A DNA stretch of 64,000 bases from Tricharina praecox. Its lineage: Eukaryota. Both the position numbers and the translations under genes were made by a program. The first letter of the stretch is position 1. Every line of letters begins with the position of its first letter. The stretch covers positions 310,001 to 374,000 of the forward strand of contig NW_026250429.1 in NCBI RefSeq assembly GCF_024521635.1, given 5' to 3'. The notes under the pieces are model-generated. The model had not been told where the DNA came from. It saw only the letters and a program-made list of their open reading frames with translations, and searched no databases. This document shows positions 12,952 through 25,455 of this stretch, one piece after another.

Positions 12952-15029
12952 CCCGCCTCTCTCTCTTTTGAGGAAAGCATGTGTTAGTAGTTATGCGCCG
13001 CGGACGCACGACGGCGTTTTTCTGACTCCAATCTGGTGGTACACACATGGACTCATGGAGTACATACCAGGGTAGGGACACGACCGAACGCCCCGGAACG
13101 CCTCAGAAGGCCCAGAGAAGCCCCGTGGAAGCCACCAGTGGACGGTGGACCCTGGTTGGTTGACTGGGGAAGGGAGGGGGGGGATGATAGGGATAGGGAT
13201 AGGGATAGGTAGGGTGGAGGGGAGGGGGCGAAACGCACGCCGGGGAAAGGAATGATGGATGGATGGGGTTGGACGGGGTTGGATGGGGCTGGATGGAGGA
13301 TGGATGGGGCTGGATGGAGGATGGATGGATGGATGGATGGATGGATGGATGGATGAGATGTTCTGTGCTTGCGCCGTGCTTGCTTGCGCACTGCGCTGCA
13401 CTCACTGCTTGCAGTTGCCCGAAGCGGGGCGAAGTGGGTGAGCGTGGGTGAGCGTGAGGCGAGGGAGCGTGAGCGTGAGGGAGTGGGTGTTGCGGGGGCG
13501 AAAGGGCGGTGCGGGTGTGTGGGTGGGGATGCGGATGTCCTGTTCGTCGATGTCATGGTCTGGCTGGTCTGGCCGGGCGGTGGTGGTGGTGATGTGCTGG
13601 TTGGTTGGTCCTAAGCTTTTGCTTTTTTTTCTGCTTTTCTTTTCTTCTTTTCTTCTCGCTCCTTCGGCCTTTCCCCACCACTGGCTGGCTGGCTGACTGG
13701 CTGGCCTTCCCGCACGTATTCTCCTACCCCATCCCCAACTCCGCGCGTATGTGGCTGTTCAAACTTCACGCACGCTTCCCGTTCGCTCTTCGCTCGCTCG
13801 CCCGACTTTTGCGCGTCCCGTCCCGGCCCCTCCCCTCTCCCCCGTCCTCCCCGCAACGAGCTGCCCGCACAGCCCTCGTCCACGCCCCGGCACGAAGAGT
13901 GGAACGGAATGAAGCCTGTACTACTTACATGCTTCTTACTCACACTTACCTAGCACGGCCTGTAGCACCACGTCCCTTCCCCCCTTCCCATCTTTCTCCC
14001 CGCCCGCCCCCGCCTGTTCCCGAACGAAACCCTCCCCCCGTCGTCGCTGCCGGGAACCGATGCGTGCTCGCTCTGTCGTCCGTGCTCCACATGTAGCGGA
14101 GACTTGGTGGGTGCTCACGTTGTGGCTAAAACAATCGGTACTAGTGAGATGTGAACCATGAAGGCCACCCCACCGGCCTCGTGTGGACCCAGCCTCGGCC
14201 AGGCGCCCCGAGTTCGCCGCCGCCGCCAAGGGTGGGTGCTAGGTGGGCCTGTGGGGCAATCGTTCGTTCCTTCCGGCCTTGCTTACTAACCGGCTAGGTA
14301 CTCTACTCTACGGTACTCTGGCACTCCGCAAATCTCCACCAACCAGAGTCCTATGTACTCTAGCATGGCATGTGAAAGAACGCCCGTGCTCCCCGTTCTT
14401 TCCCCCGCAGCGGAGGAAAGCGGAGAGGCCCGGATGGAGAGTGCTGACATAGAGTACCACTCCAGAGTACTCCAGAGTATCTACTCTAGAGCATCCGGTT
14501 ACTCTAGCCAGGCAGCGGGAGTGGGAAACAGACCCCCTCGTTTCGTTTCGTTTGCTGTGTCTAGGTAGTTAACGTACACATGTCTATCAACTGTCGACTG
14601 CTGCTGTCGACTGCTGCTGCTGCTGCTGTCGTTGTCATTGTTGTTGTGGGTAGTATGTCTGTGTCTTTCCTACCCTGTCGGTCCGAAATTCTCTGCTCTC
14701 TACTCTCTCTGTTCTCCATTCTCTCCCTTACTTCTCCGCCCGTCTTCTGGGAGGAGATAAGGCACAGGATCGAGAAATCGATTATCGATCGCGGAGGTTT
14801 AACAGGGAGGGAGGGAGGGAAGCCGGCGCCGGGCGCATCGATGCAGGTAGCAAATCTCGATTCGATTCCTTTCCCGGCCTTTGATGCAGAGAATGGGAAA
14901 GAGAATGGGCGAGGGAGGGATGCGTGGTGGTTTCTCATGCGAGCGGATCTGTCTCTGTGGATGTCTGTCTCTCGCAACTTATCTTATGGCACCATTGTAA
15001 CTTGTCATACTGTCATCTTGTCATCGCTG

Positions 15030-15340
15030 ACAACGCCGACAACAATAACAACGTCAACAACGGCAGCGGCAACGTCAACAACAGTAACACCCACACCGAA
15101 TAAGGTCTCTGCCACTCGTGGACGAGGAGGAGACGACAACGATGATGACAACAATATTACCAACAACCCACAATAACGACAACAATAATATTACCAATAA
15201 TAACAGCCACAACAACCCACAACAACAACCCACAACAACAACTCACAACAACCCACAGCAACAACAACTCACAACAGCAACCCACAACAACAACGCTACA
15301 CACACCTCCATACACTTACATAAATAACAACAGCAACCTC
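15030..15340. repeat. Degenerate (ACA)n-rich tract with 12-nt CCCACAACAACA-type units
   Basis: Low-complexity CAA/ACA repeats. Confidence 0.85.
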
Positions 15341-18300
15341 CAACACGGCTGCACCGATCAAGGCTTCCGATTGTTTTTCTCACATTTTTTTAATCCCATA
15401 TTCCCGTAACTATTCCCGTATTCCCGTCTTCTCTTATCCGATTTCTTTCCCGTCGCTAGGCCCGTCCGGGCGGGCACCACTGAATCACTGACCTGGCCGG
15501 AAAATATGCCCTTTTCCTTTCCGGCCGCCTTTGCAGCGCATCAACCAGGCTGCTGTTGGCCCGTGTCAGAGTCGTCGTCAATGGCTTTTCGCTTTGCTTT
15601 TGCCTCTCGTATCTGCTCCTTTGCCTCTCGTATCTGCTGTCTGCCAGCTATATATGTATGTCAAGTTGTCGCTAGGTCCACCACTCACGTAACGTTCGCG
15701 AACTTGACCCTACATGTGTGAAAGTGTAACGGCTTTTCTTTTACGGCATCGGAATCGTGAAGCGTGAATCGTGTTGTTCCTCCTCCTCCAACTCAAGCAA
15801 GCAACTCAAGCAAGGGGCGGATATCATATATGCACAATTGCACAACTGTAAACTGCAAAAGTCCCTTCTTCCCCGGGTCCAATGCCCATGCTATTTAGAC
15901 ATCAATCGAGCCCCAATGTTTTCCTTTTTCATAGGTGCGTACCTGGAAAAGCTACGAGTACTGTAGTTACTGTAGCTGTGAGCATGTGTGACTCGAATTC
16001 GAAGGGTTTGCAAAGTCGGCATGTGCTGGTGCGTGGAGGCTGTTGATGGTCTATGGATAGGAAGCAAGCCTGAAGCTTGGAGCGTGCCAGCTGTGAGTGA
16101 AGCATAGCAGTTGGCCCTGAGCTTATACCAGCCCTGGACACGGACACGTATCACCCTTTGTGCTGGCGGTGGGAGGTGTAATCACCGAGTCTCACTCACT
16201 CGCCTCGTTCACTCGTCTCGTTCACACTTCTCACTCATCCCCCCTCGCCCCATCTATAGTAGAGTACATTATGTCGATTAAACAAAACAAAACAAAAAAC
16301 CACCCCCCCCCCCCCCCGCCGATCCTAGGTACTCTAAAGGTTCAGCCCCAACCGGCCAGCCAGCCAGCCTTCCCCCAGCGCCGAGCGGTGAGTCGGTGAG
16401 TCGGTGAACATGCACTGTGCAGCCTTCCTAATGCTCCCTCCCTCCCGTACTTCGAAGTTCGGCCAAGTCCAAGTCCAACCCCAAGCCCAAGGCGACCTGA
16501 TGATAGCAGTAAGAAGCCAGAAATATGTATGTAAGTACGGCATATATCTCCCTGCTACGCACCGCTACGCACCGCGGCACCCCGCACACTACTAGTAGTC
16601 ACGCATGTGTTTATGTAGCCCATGCACGGCGACCCCACCCAATCCGGGGTAATCACCACCACCACCACCACTTGCCTGCCTACATACATAACTACGAACT
16701 TATGCACCACCGCCGCAAAACACCTTCAACTCTTTTTTTTCGTGCGCTTTCTTTGCTTTTTCTTAAAGCTCTTTCTATGTACTATGTACTTCTTTCCTTC
16801 CGCCGTCTGCTGGCCGCTACTAGATAGATCGGGTAGACTCGATAGATGGACTACGGTAGATATGTAGACTGGGTACATAGATAGGTGGTTAGGTGGTTAG
16901 GTGGTTAGGTGGTTAGGTGGTTAGGTGGATAGGTACCCCGCAAAATATGCTTCCGGTCTGGTCTGGTTTGCTTGCTTGTCTTGCTTGTTTCGTCTGCCGT
17001 CCTCTACTCTCGACACGAGACGTACTCTACTTACCTACGTAGTAGCCACGCGGGGGGCCCTCGTTACTTTTTTTCCTCTTCTTTTTTCTTCACGAGTTCT
17101 CTAGTGGGTGCTGTGTGGGGTGGATAGGGATTGATAGGATAGGGCAGATCGAGAGATCGGGAACCGAACCTTCTCTCGCGCACTCGCGCCACATGGAGGC
17201 GATGCCTGGCTGGGCGGGGTGGACCTCGTGTACATACATCGCTCGTGCAGTGCGGGGGGAAACGAAGCTGTGCTGATGATGCTTGATGGTGCCTAATGGA
17301 TGATCGGGATCGGCCCTGGCATGATGGGCAGCGCTGGCAAACAGTACAGTGGAAAAACAAATAATTATGTATCTAGGTTCTAACCTCCCACCTCGCAGCC
17401 TCCCAGCCTCCACATGCAAACGTCCCCCCGCCGGTGGTGGTGGTGGTGGTGGTGGTGGTGATGGGCTACGGGTTGCGGGTTGTGGGTTGTGGGTTTTTGT
17501 ATGGTAAGAGTAATTGAGTCCTGCTGGCTGCGTCCGGCTGACGTTAATGTTGGCATTCACGTTGACGTTGTGAGACGGTGGTTACACACATACCGGTACA
17601 TACTGGTAACAACCTAGGCGGGGTACAGACGGACGGGTGGGTGGTGACGATGAGCTGGCTGCCGTGTGGGGACCCACGTACTGTACTCTATCTACCCGCG
17701 CCAGCTGCGGTGCTAGCTGCGGTGCCAGATGGTACCGCGTTTGTGGACCGCCTACGGTACCTACTCCATCGGCGACTCGACGTCCAGGCCCGAGCTGAAG
17801 TGAAGGAGCGGCCCCTCCCCTCCCCTCCCGTCGTCCCGTCCCGGCCAGACGTTGCTCCGGCTCGGACGGACGGACGGACGGACGGACGGGACAGGACGGA
17901 CGGGACAGGACGGGGACGGGACAGGACGGGACGGCGCTTCCATCCCCTCCGCGCTGCCGTCGCCGCGGCTATTACGTGGCAGGCGTGGCAGACGGGGGCA
18001 GATGCGGACCAAAGCTTCCGTGTACTTACATAATCTATCTACTTACTCCATCCACTCTATCTACTAGTAGATCCAGCGACAGTGCAGCACCGCAGGACCG
18101 GGGGCGGCAAGATCTCGCCGAGTCGCCGGTGCGTTGTTGCCGCGCTTAACTTATCTAACTTAACGTCAATCTCAATCTCAATCTCCATCGCAACATCGAG
18201 GCTCGACTCCCGAGCTTAGAGTTTATGTAGAGTCCAGACTGCAGGCCGTAGATCAGTAGAGTTGAGTAGAGTTGATAGACGTTTGCGGCGGTCAGCCAGT

Positions 18301-20244
18301 CACATGCGCACCCCCAAGCTCCAACCCCACACCAGCCCCGCCCGTCCATTTCCCTGCATCTTTTTTACTTTTTTTGCTTTTTTGGCGGAGAAAGTCTAGA
18401 TGTATGATAGTACTCGTACATATGTGGGGGTGGGGGACCATGGGGGGATCATGGGGGGACTACATATGGGATATGGGCTCACGTGCCCATGCTCTGCTCG
18501 AGAGTCGAGAGTCGGGAGGCTCCACTCGTTGACTCAAGCCTTTTTCCTTTTTCCTCCATGAGGATACGGTAGTTATCTCTCTGCCAGTGTCTATAGGTAC
18601 TGTAGGATGTACCCATGACCGACCGGCCGCCAGATCGCCCCGATGGCATGGGTGCGTGTGCGTGTGCAAGGCAAAAGAAAAACAAAAAGAAAAGAAAAGC
18701 AAATGGCAGCCTACGCATCCACGCATCCATCCATAATCGCCCTCTGGCAGAATTCCCACATCATCGAAGTTCCATATTTTGCCCTTTTACCGCCAGAAAC
18801 GCGGGGGCGGGGCGGGGGCACGCAGGTTTCGTTTGCTACGGCGGACTCGGGAGGAGTGGGAGTGGGAGCGGGACCAGGTAACCACACATGTACACATGTA
18901 CGTACGTTCCTACCTGGGTAGTCAGTAGGTGGGAGGCTAGGAGGTATATAACCCGAGCATCGAACCTTCCGCTGCGATCGATATCTGGCAATTCCCATGC
19001 CCAAGTCCAACGGGTCCGTTTGTTTGATTGCCCTAGCCGCTGGCTCACCCCCAGGATGTCGCTTTCGCCGGTGTGGGGTGGAATGGGGTGAAATGGCCCA
19101 TGGGGTGGGGGGAAGATGGGGGAGGATGGGGAGGATGGGGTTCCGATACCGATGCCGATGCTTCCTTTGTTTTTCGGCACCAAGGGGCTCGTCTGCCTGC
19201 CTACCTAATTATCTGCCTGCCTCCCGTTCACCGCCCGTAACTAGGTGCGTGGAAAACCCACGCTCTCACCCACCCAGTCGCCATCTTAGCAACGCGAGGG
19301 GATTATACATGCATCATACAAAAGTATATACATGCATACACACATAGAGTACGTACCTACGTGCCTAAGTGATGACCGCACGGGATAGTTTTTTCTTCAT
19401 TTTTCCTTCTTCTTCCTTCTTTCTTTTCTTTCGTGTCGTGCCGTCCGGAGCCGAGTGGAGTCGAGTGCGTTGTACCTGAACGTTTTTTTCCTTTATGTAT
19501 TTTTCTTTTCCTTTTCCTTTTCCTTTTTTCCCCACCGGTTTTGTATGCGTGGGAGATGGCCGATGAACGATGGCAGCTGGGAGATGGGGGGCACGAGGCG
19601 GCCGCGGCGGCGGTCTTCGCTCCGGTGCAGTGCGTGGGCGCGCGACCACCTGGCCATCCCGCCGTCATCGCTCTGCTGCTGCCAAAAGAAACGGTACTGA
19701 TTGAATGCGGAATGGTGGTGAGAACTCAAACACCAGGTGTATGTGCATGTGCGCCGTATGTAGGCTGTAGGCTGTAGCCTCGTGGGGGGAGGTTAACGTT
19801 CTCGGTATATGTAGTACGTACGTACAAGGCTGGCGACTGCGAAACTGCGAAACTGAGGAATTGGGTGGTTGGGGATGGGGGGGTACGGTGGTGGCACAGC
19901 ATTTGGCCACCAACAGCCTCATGTCGCTCTTGCGAAGTAACGATAGCACGTCGGTCCACTTGGAAGGCCGAGGCCAGAGTATGGGCCGATTGATACTCTG
20001 TGCTTGTATCTCCAGGCTTCCGTCACGTGAGAACACACCTTCACAGTTTATCACTCGCTTGGACGTGTGGCGTGTCTTAGGTTTGGAATTTTGGATGGAT
20101 GTCTGCGTCTCCCCGGCCAGTCGGATAACTACTAGTAGTACGTAGTCAACCCACAGTTGAAAGTGGCGGTCGAAGCCTCGAGACTAGGTGACGTTGTCTC
20201 GTCCTCACAGAGCATAGTGTCCGGGCTCTCCTAATGATCGATTC

Positions 20245-23200
20245 CCCTTACCCAGAGTTGTGAATAGGTTTCCCCGTAGACAGTACAAGCTAGTCACTAG
20301 ACACTGCCGTGCCACGTTGGGTCTCATCCACGATGCTGCATTTCCAGACCGGATGCTGCGGTCGATATCGGTGCTTCAATGTACGAAGCTCTTGCTGTGA
20401 GTGGTTGCATAGTTTAACCACGTACTAGGTATATCATGGCGATTTCCCGGCTGGCTTCGTCGTCTTCTGGTTTCTGCATGAAAGAAAAAGTATTGAGCTG
20501 GGCTGGATGGTCGATCCAACGCGATAGTCAGGACCCAACGCGGAGGTGGTGCGTCATAGATTCGCACTGCGTGGATTGTCGCTTGTTCCCAGAGTCTCCT
20601 CAGGTAGGCCTCGTTTGTTAGTAAGGGCTTCGTTCGGTGTCAGAAGTTTCATTTACTCTTACGGATTCCATTCGTTGTCATTAGTCTCATTCAATCCTCC
20701 TACCTCTATTCACTCTTTCGGGCTTCATTCAACTTCGCAGCTCCATTCACGTTTCCGGGCTTCATTCATTCCCAAAAGTTTTATTCACTCTTCATAGGTC
20801 TATTCACTCTTTCGGGCTTCATTCATTATCAAAAAGTCTCATTCACTCTTACCAGCTTTATTCACCCTTCCAGACCCCACTCAACCTCCCAACTCCAATT
20901 CACTCTCCTAGAGCACATTCGCATTCACAGGCTGTATTGGCGCTTCCGAAGCCATACCCATTCCCCCTTGCCTATAATTGTGAATTGATTTCCCCGTAGA
21001 CTATGCATACAGTAGCAAAAAAGTGGGGTGCGATTAATGCCGACGGTATCCAGTAGTACTACCGCTCGAATTTAAATCCAGCAGTGTCAGAGAATACAGA
21101 TTTACTCTGGTATTTTTTCCCCTATGTTCTCAATTCTACAGTAACGCAAAATTCATACGCAGTGTTGTAAAGATAAGCTTACTAAAAAGCCGGAAGAACT
21201 ATTGCAGTTCTTTCGGATGCAAAACATTACGCACTGTCCATATTACCAGAGAACTACCAGAGAACCACCTTATTCCCACAATTATGTAGTGTAGGGAAGA
21301 CGTTGTCATGCTAGTCGGGTAGTTCCTAGACTGTAAAAATACTATGACGACAAGAGTCCTGCGAGAAAAATGCCGCGCTGAGCGAATCCGGTATGCATGC
21401 AGTAGAAACCCTCAAGTTTTACGAATACGTACTGTGAGTAAGACGTGTTGTACGCAAGCAAACATTTATGACATTCTTGCAGGGCAGGAAGTGCCGTAGG
21501 CCTACGGAATAAATGCTGTAGAGGAAACTATACGGATTGAGCTGAATACAGTAGAGCTGCCGAGTCCCTACGCAATTGAGAAGTATATTTGACAGTGCCT
21601 ACACTACGCAAAGTTTACGCAGCTGTAGCTCTACAGGATTTCTTTAGTAGCCCTTCAAGATGACTTCTTTGGCAAAAGTCTTTACGTATTTGGAAATTCC
21701 AGGTTGTTGTCACAATATGCACCATGTGAGGCTTCAAGTATTCGTCTCATTTGAGATATTACTACTACCACCACTGACTACTGTAGGCAACTCATGCTTC
21801 CGTTCCAAGCACCTGCCAACCACCGATGCCCTTTCCACACCATCCATGGGCTCATTGCTCTAGATACCGCACTGGACTCACCGCAGATAGCCCACCGTTT
21901 TCGCTGTGATTAGTACACTGTCTTCGCTGCGATTAACCCACTCGAATTTCTGTCCTTTGCTATCTGACAGCCCCTGTATGGCGGAGTGAAGGAGGAGCTG
22001 TCAGCGAGAGGAGGAACTGTCAGTGAGAGGAGGAGCTGTCAGCGAGAGGAGGAGTTGTGGCGAGAGGAGGACGGCCGTCCAAGTCACGTGAATATGATTC
22101 GGCTGATTGATGATTTCTTAGCACCGATATCCTACGCACCATATCTCACTCGGACACCCAAGGTCCACGCCCGAAATCAGTTTTTTGCCCAAGGCTTAGC
22201 GGACGGCCGTCCTGCGCCGTCCGTCTCGTCCGTCCATCCTCATCCGAGGCCCAGAACGGACGGACCGGACGATGGAGAACACTGGGTGTTGGTAAAGGAG
22301 CCGTCTGCAAATCCGTTGTGCTACTGCATCTACCAAACCCCGTGATACTCCAAAAGATTGCATTGTACGGACCCCAAAGTACTGGCGAGCACCGATTTCT
22401 GCAAGCACGGAAGTCTTTCAGTAGTGATACCACAGCCATCCAGTCACAGATCACGTAGCACTACCAAATTTGACCAAATGTGCAGTCTTATATAGGACGA
22501 ATCTGCAACTACAGCTTGATATAATTACGCAGTGCTTACAACACTGTAAAACTCTCGCTGTCTGTAGACGACGTATTTCCTTTCGATAAGTGATGAGAGA
22601 AATACGGTACGGCTTCTATATTTATAGAAATACGTGTTCTTTAGACTTTTTTAAAAGTAGGAATAAGTATTAAACAAACATCTGGTAGTCCTTCGGTATT
22701 CAAACGATCGCGGTATTCTTCCCGTATCAATCGCACCCCACTTTTCCCTACTATAGATATGCTCTTGCTGTGGGTAGTCGGATGGTTCAGCCACGTATCG
22801 GGGCGATTGAAGATTCCCGCGGATAGCCTTGTCGTCTTCCGGTTGAAGGCGTGGAAAAGGTATCGAGCTGGGCCTGCCGCTTGCTCCAACGCGATCGTTA
22901 GGACTCGGCGCGGAGGTGGTTGCGTCACATGTTCGCACTGCGGATTGCCGCTCGTTCTTGGAGTCTCCTGGGCCTCATTCACTCTTCCGGGCTTCATTGA
23001 TTATCAAAAGTCTCATTCGCTCTTACGGATGTCATTCGTTGTCATTAGTCTCATTCGATCTTCCGAGCTCTCTTCACTCTTTCAGGCTTCATTCAACCTC
23101 GCAGTTCTATTCACTTTTTCAGGCTTCAAATCGTTCCCAAAAGTCTCATTCACTCTTCTCGGCTCTATTCGTTCCCAAAAGTTTCACTCTTCCTAAGTCT

Positions 23201-23711
23201 ATTCACCCTTCCAGGCTCCATTCAACTCCCACCTCTATTCGCTCTTCCAAGCCACTCAAACTCCCAAATACCATTCACTCCTCGAGGGCACATTCGCCTC
23301 CACAGGCTGTATTGACGCTTCCAAAAAAAAAGTCATCCACTTCCCTTAGTCTCGCCCACTTTGAATGCCCCAACCAGGCTCCGCCCAGCGCAGTCTCGAC
23401 TGCATTCTCTCACTGTCCGAGCCATCATAGCCAATACGTACGCCACGCAGGCTACTCTCGACTGGCACCGTGGTTTTCCGGTCTCGGCGTGGAAAAACTT
23501 ATCGAGCTAGGCTGAATGGTTGCTCTATAGTGATTGTTAGGACTCGACGCGGTTGTGGCTGCGTCACTTGTTCGCACTGCGGATTGTCGCTCGTTCGCAG
23601 AGTCGTGTGTGCTTCGAAGTTCTTGAGAGCTGAATTCGTTGGCAAAAGTCTCATTCACTCTTCCCAACTCTATTCACTCTTCCGGGCTTCATTCGTTACG
23701 GAAAGTCTCAT
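20245..23711 (-). repeat. Composite ~0.7-kb repeat, cluster A: about three diverged tandem units, the second interrupted by the TIR element
   Basis: Recurrent blocks TGTGAAT...TTTCCCCGTAGAC (~20256, ~20979); GTCGTCTTC...GAAAA...GAGCT...TTCGCACTGC.GGATTG (~20460, ~22831, ~23470); ATTCACTCTT arrays (20640-20910, 22975-23285, 23640-23710); CACAGGCTGTATTG.CGCTTCC (~20926, ~23301). Confidence 0.88.
21010..22753. mobile_element. Non-autonomous or decayed TIR DNA transposon (Tc1/mariner-like), ~1.74 kb
   Basis: Left end TA|CAGTAGCAAAAAAGTGGGGTGCGATTAAT; right end, reverse-complemented, TA|TAGTAGGGAAAAGTGGGGTGCGATTGAT. TA lies on both sides. The interior is more AT-rich than the surrounding intergenic DNA and has no recognisable transposase ORF. 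Confidence 0.78.
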
Positions 23712-23921
23712 TGTGGGAACGAGTGTGTTCCTGTGAGTAGTCCACTAGCCGCCCGGAGGACCGGTGGTGGGTGCTTGGAACATTCGGTGCGGTAGCGGGT
23801 CCAAGTTTGGTTTCTTTCTCTCTCTGTGTCTCTCTCTCTTGTACCGGTAGCTCCTAGACACGAACATCACTTTTTCCCATCTCCATCGTCCCAGTGATCT
23901 CCACCCCGAGCCCTTCCAACA
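23712..23921. mobile_element. Solo-LTR-like element, copy 1 (210 bp)
   Basis: TGT...ACA termini with imperfect inverted ends (TGTGGGAA / TTCCAACA). Clearly homologous along its length to 40193-40414. Confidence 0.65.
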
Positions 23922-25414
23922 GGAGGTATTCAATGTGGTGGATTTTTCTTTGGAGGAGGAGAATTGCACGAGATATCACTCGCCAATGATCGTACCTAGT
24001 GCGTTGGACTCCGTCCCGCATTGTTTCCGTCGTTCCGTCTGTCATTATGTTATGTACGAGTGCGTAAGCTCTCTCCGGGAGGGGAGAGTTATATTCACCA
24101 CCTCCTCGTCGATACTCCGCCCCCCACTCCGCCCCGCCCGGACCTCAGCGGGCAGTATTCCCGCCGGGAGCGCACAAACATATCCCCTCCTCGAGAGGGG
24201 AGACGGGGGGGCGCTTTCGCTTCGGGCCGCACATACACAGGCCGCACACACACGGGCCGCACTACCTAGTACGGCAACGGCACAGGCACGGCACAGGCAC
24301 GGCACAGGCACGGCACAGGCACAGACATACGGTAGGTACAGCAGAGGTACGAACACCGATGACGCAAGAATCAAGATACGCAAGATACTCTACGCAACCC
24401 CACGCCCCGCCCCGCACTGCCATCCGGCTGGCGAGTCCATTACGTACCTGATGTATAGAGTATATACTCTACTCTACCCAGCCAGCCAGCGGGGTCGTCA
24501 CTGCTCTACTCTTTTACATAGGTACATCTATCCATCCATCCATCCCCCACCGCCATCGGTCCTAGCCCCTCCCTAAGCCTATGCGCGGTCGATGTCGGCC
24601 TCCCCCCTCCCCCCTCCCCCCTCCCCCCGCCACCCCCACCCAGCCCCTGGACGATGGACCGGACGATGGACCGGACGATGACCCGGCCGATGGACCGATC
24701 AACGCCACCGTCGCCGATCACCGCGGCGATCCCACGTAGTTAGATCATGTAGGTACCGGCGACTGTCTTTTTGCCCAGCTGGAGCGAGCGAGCGAGCACA
24801 TATCAGGGTCCTGTGTATGATAGTGTGGAAGCCGACTTCCCCCTCCCTCCCGCCTTCTCACCTCTCCCACCCCCCCCGCCTTGCCCTTCCCGCACCGGGC
24901 TATGCACTACTCTGTACACACTCAGGTTTTCGTTTCCGTTTCGCCTGGAACTGGTGCTGGTGCTGGAGCTGCCCTGGTCCCTGGCCCTGGCCGCTGGGTC
25001 TGGCTGCTGGGTCTGGCTGCTGGGTCTAGGTGTGACATCACAGACATCACAGACATGACAATGCTGGCCCCGACATCACAGACTGGCCCCCAAATCTCGA
25101 ATCTCGAATCCCGAGTCCCGAGTCCTGGCGATCAAGTCCCGAGTTTCCCCACCTTGGTTCCAAGTTTGATTTCAGTTTCGATTTGATTTCAATTCCATTT
25201 GATTTCGATTCCATTCCATTTCTCAATTTTGCATTTCGATTCCCTTTTCCCTTTTCCCTTTTCCATGCTACCTACCTACCCAGTTTCCCATGTCCCAACC
25301 CCTCCCAAAATCCGCGAATTGCATCCTTCAATCTTTCAATCTTTCAATCAAGAAAGAAAGAACCCAGAAAGAAATGGAGAAGAAACCGAAAAAGAAACGA
25401 AAAAACCCCGCCTC

Positions 25415-25415
<1 letters not shown>

Positions 25416-25452
<37 letters not shown>
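25416..25452. repeat. Poly(A) tract of ~37 nt
   Basis: Mononucleotide run downstream of the cyclin gene (poly-U on that gene's sense strand). Confidence 0.9.

Positions 25453-25455
<3 letters not shown>

Noticed and set aside
15360..16190. Compositionally distinct island with a duplicated TTTGCCTCTCGTATCTGCT
   Set aside because: May be a TE relic, but I found no termini, TSD or second copy in the window.
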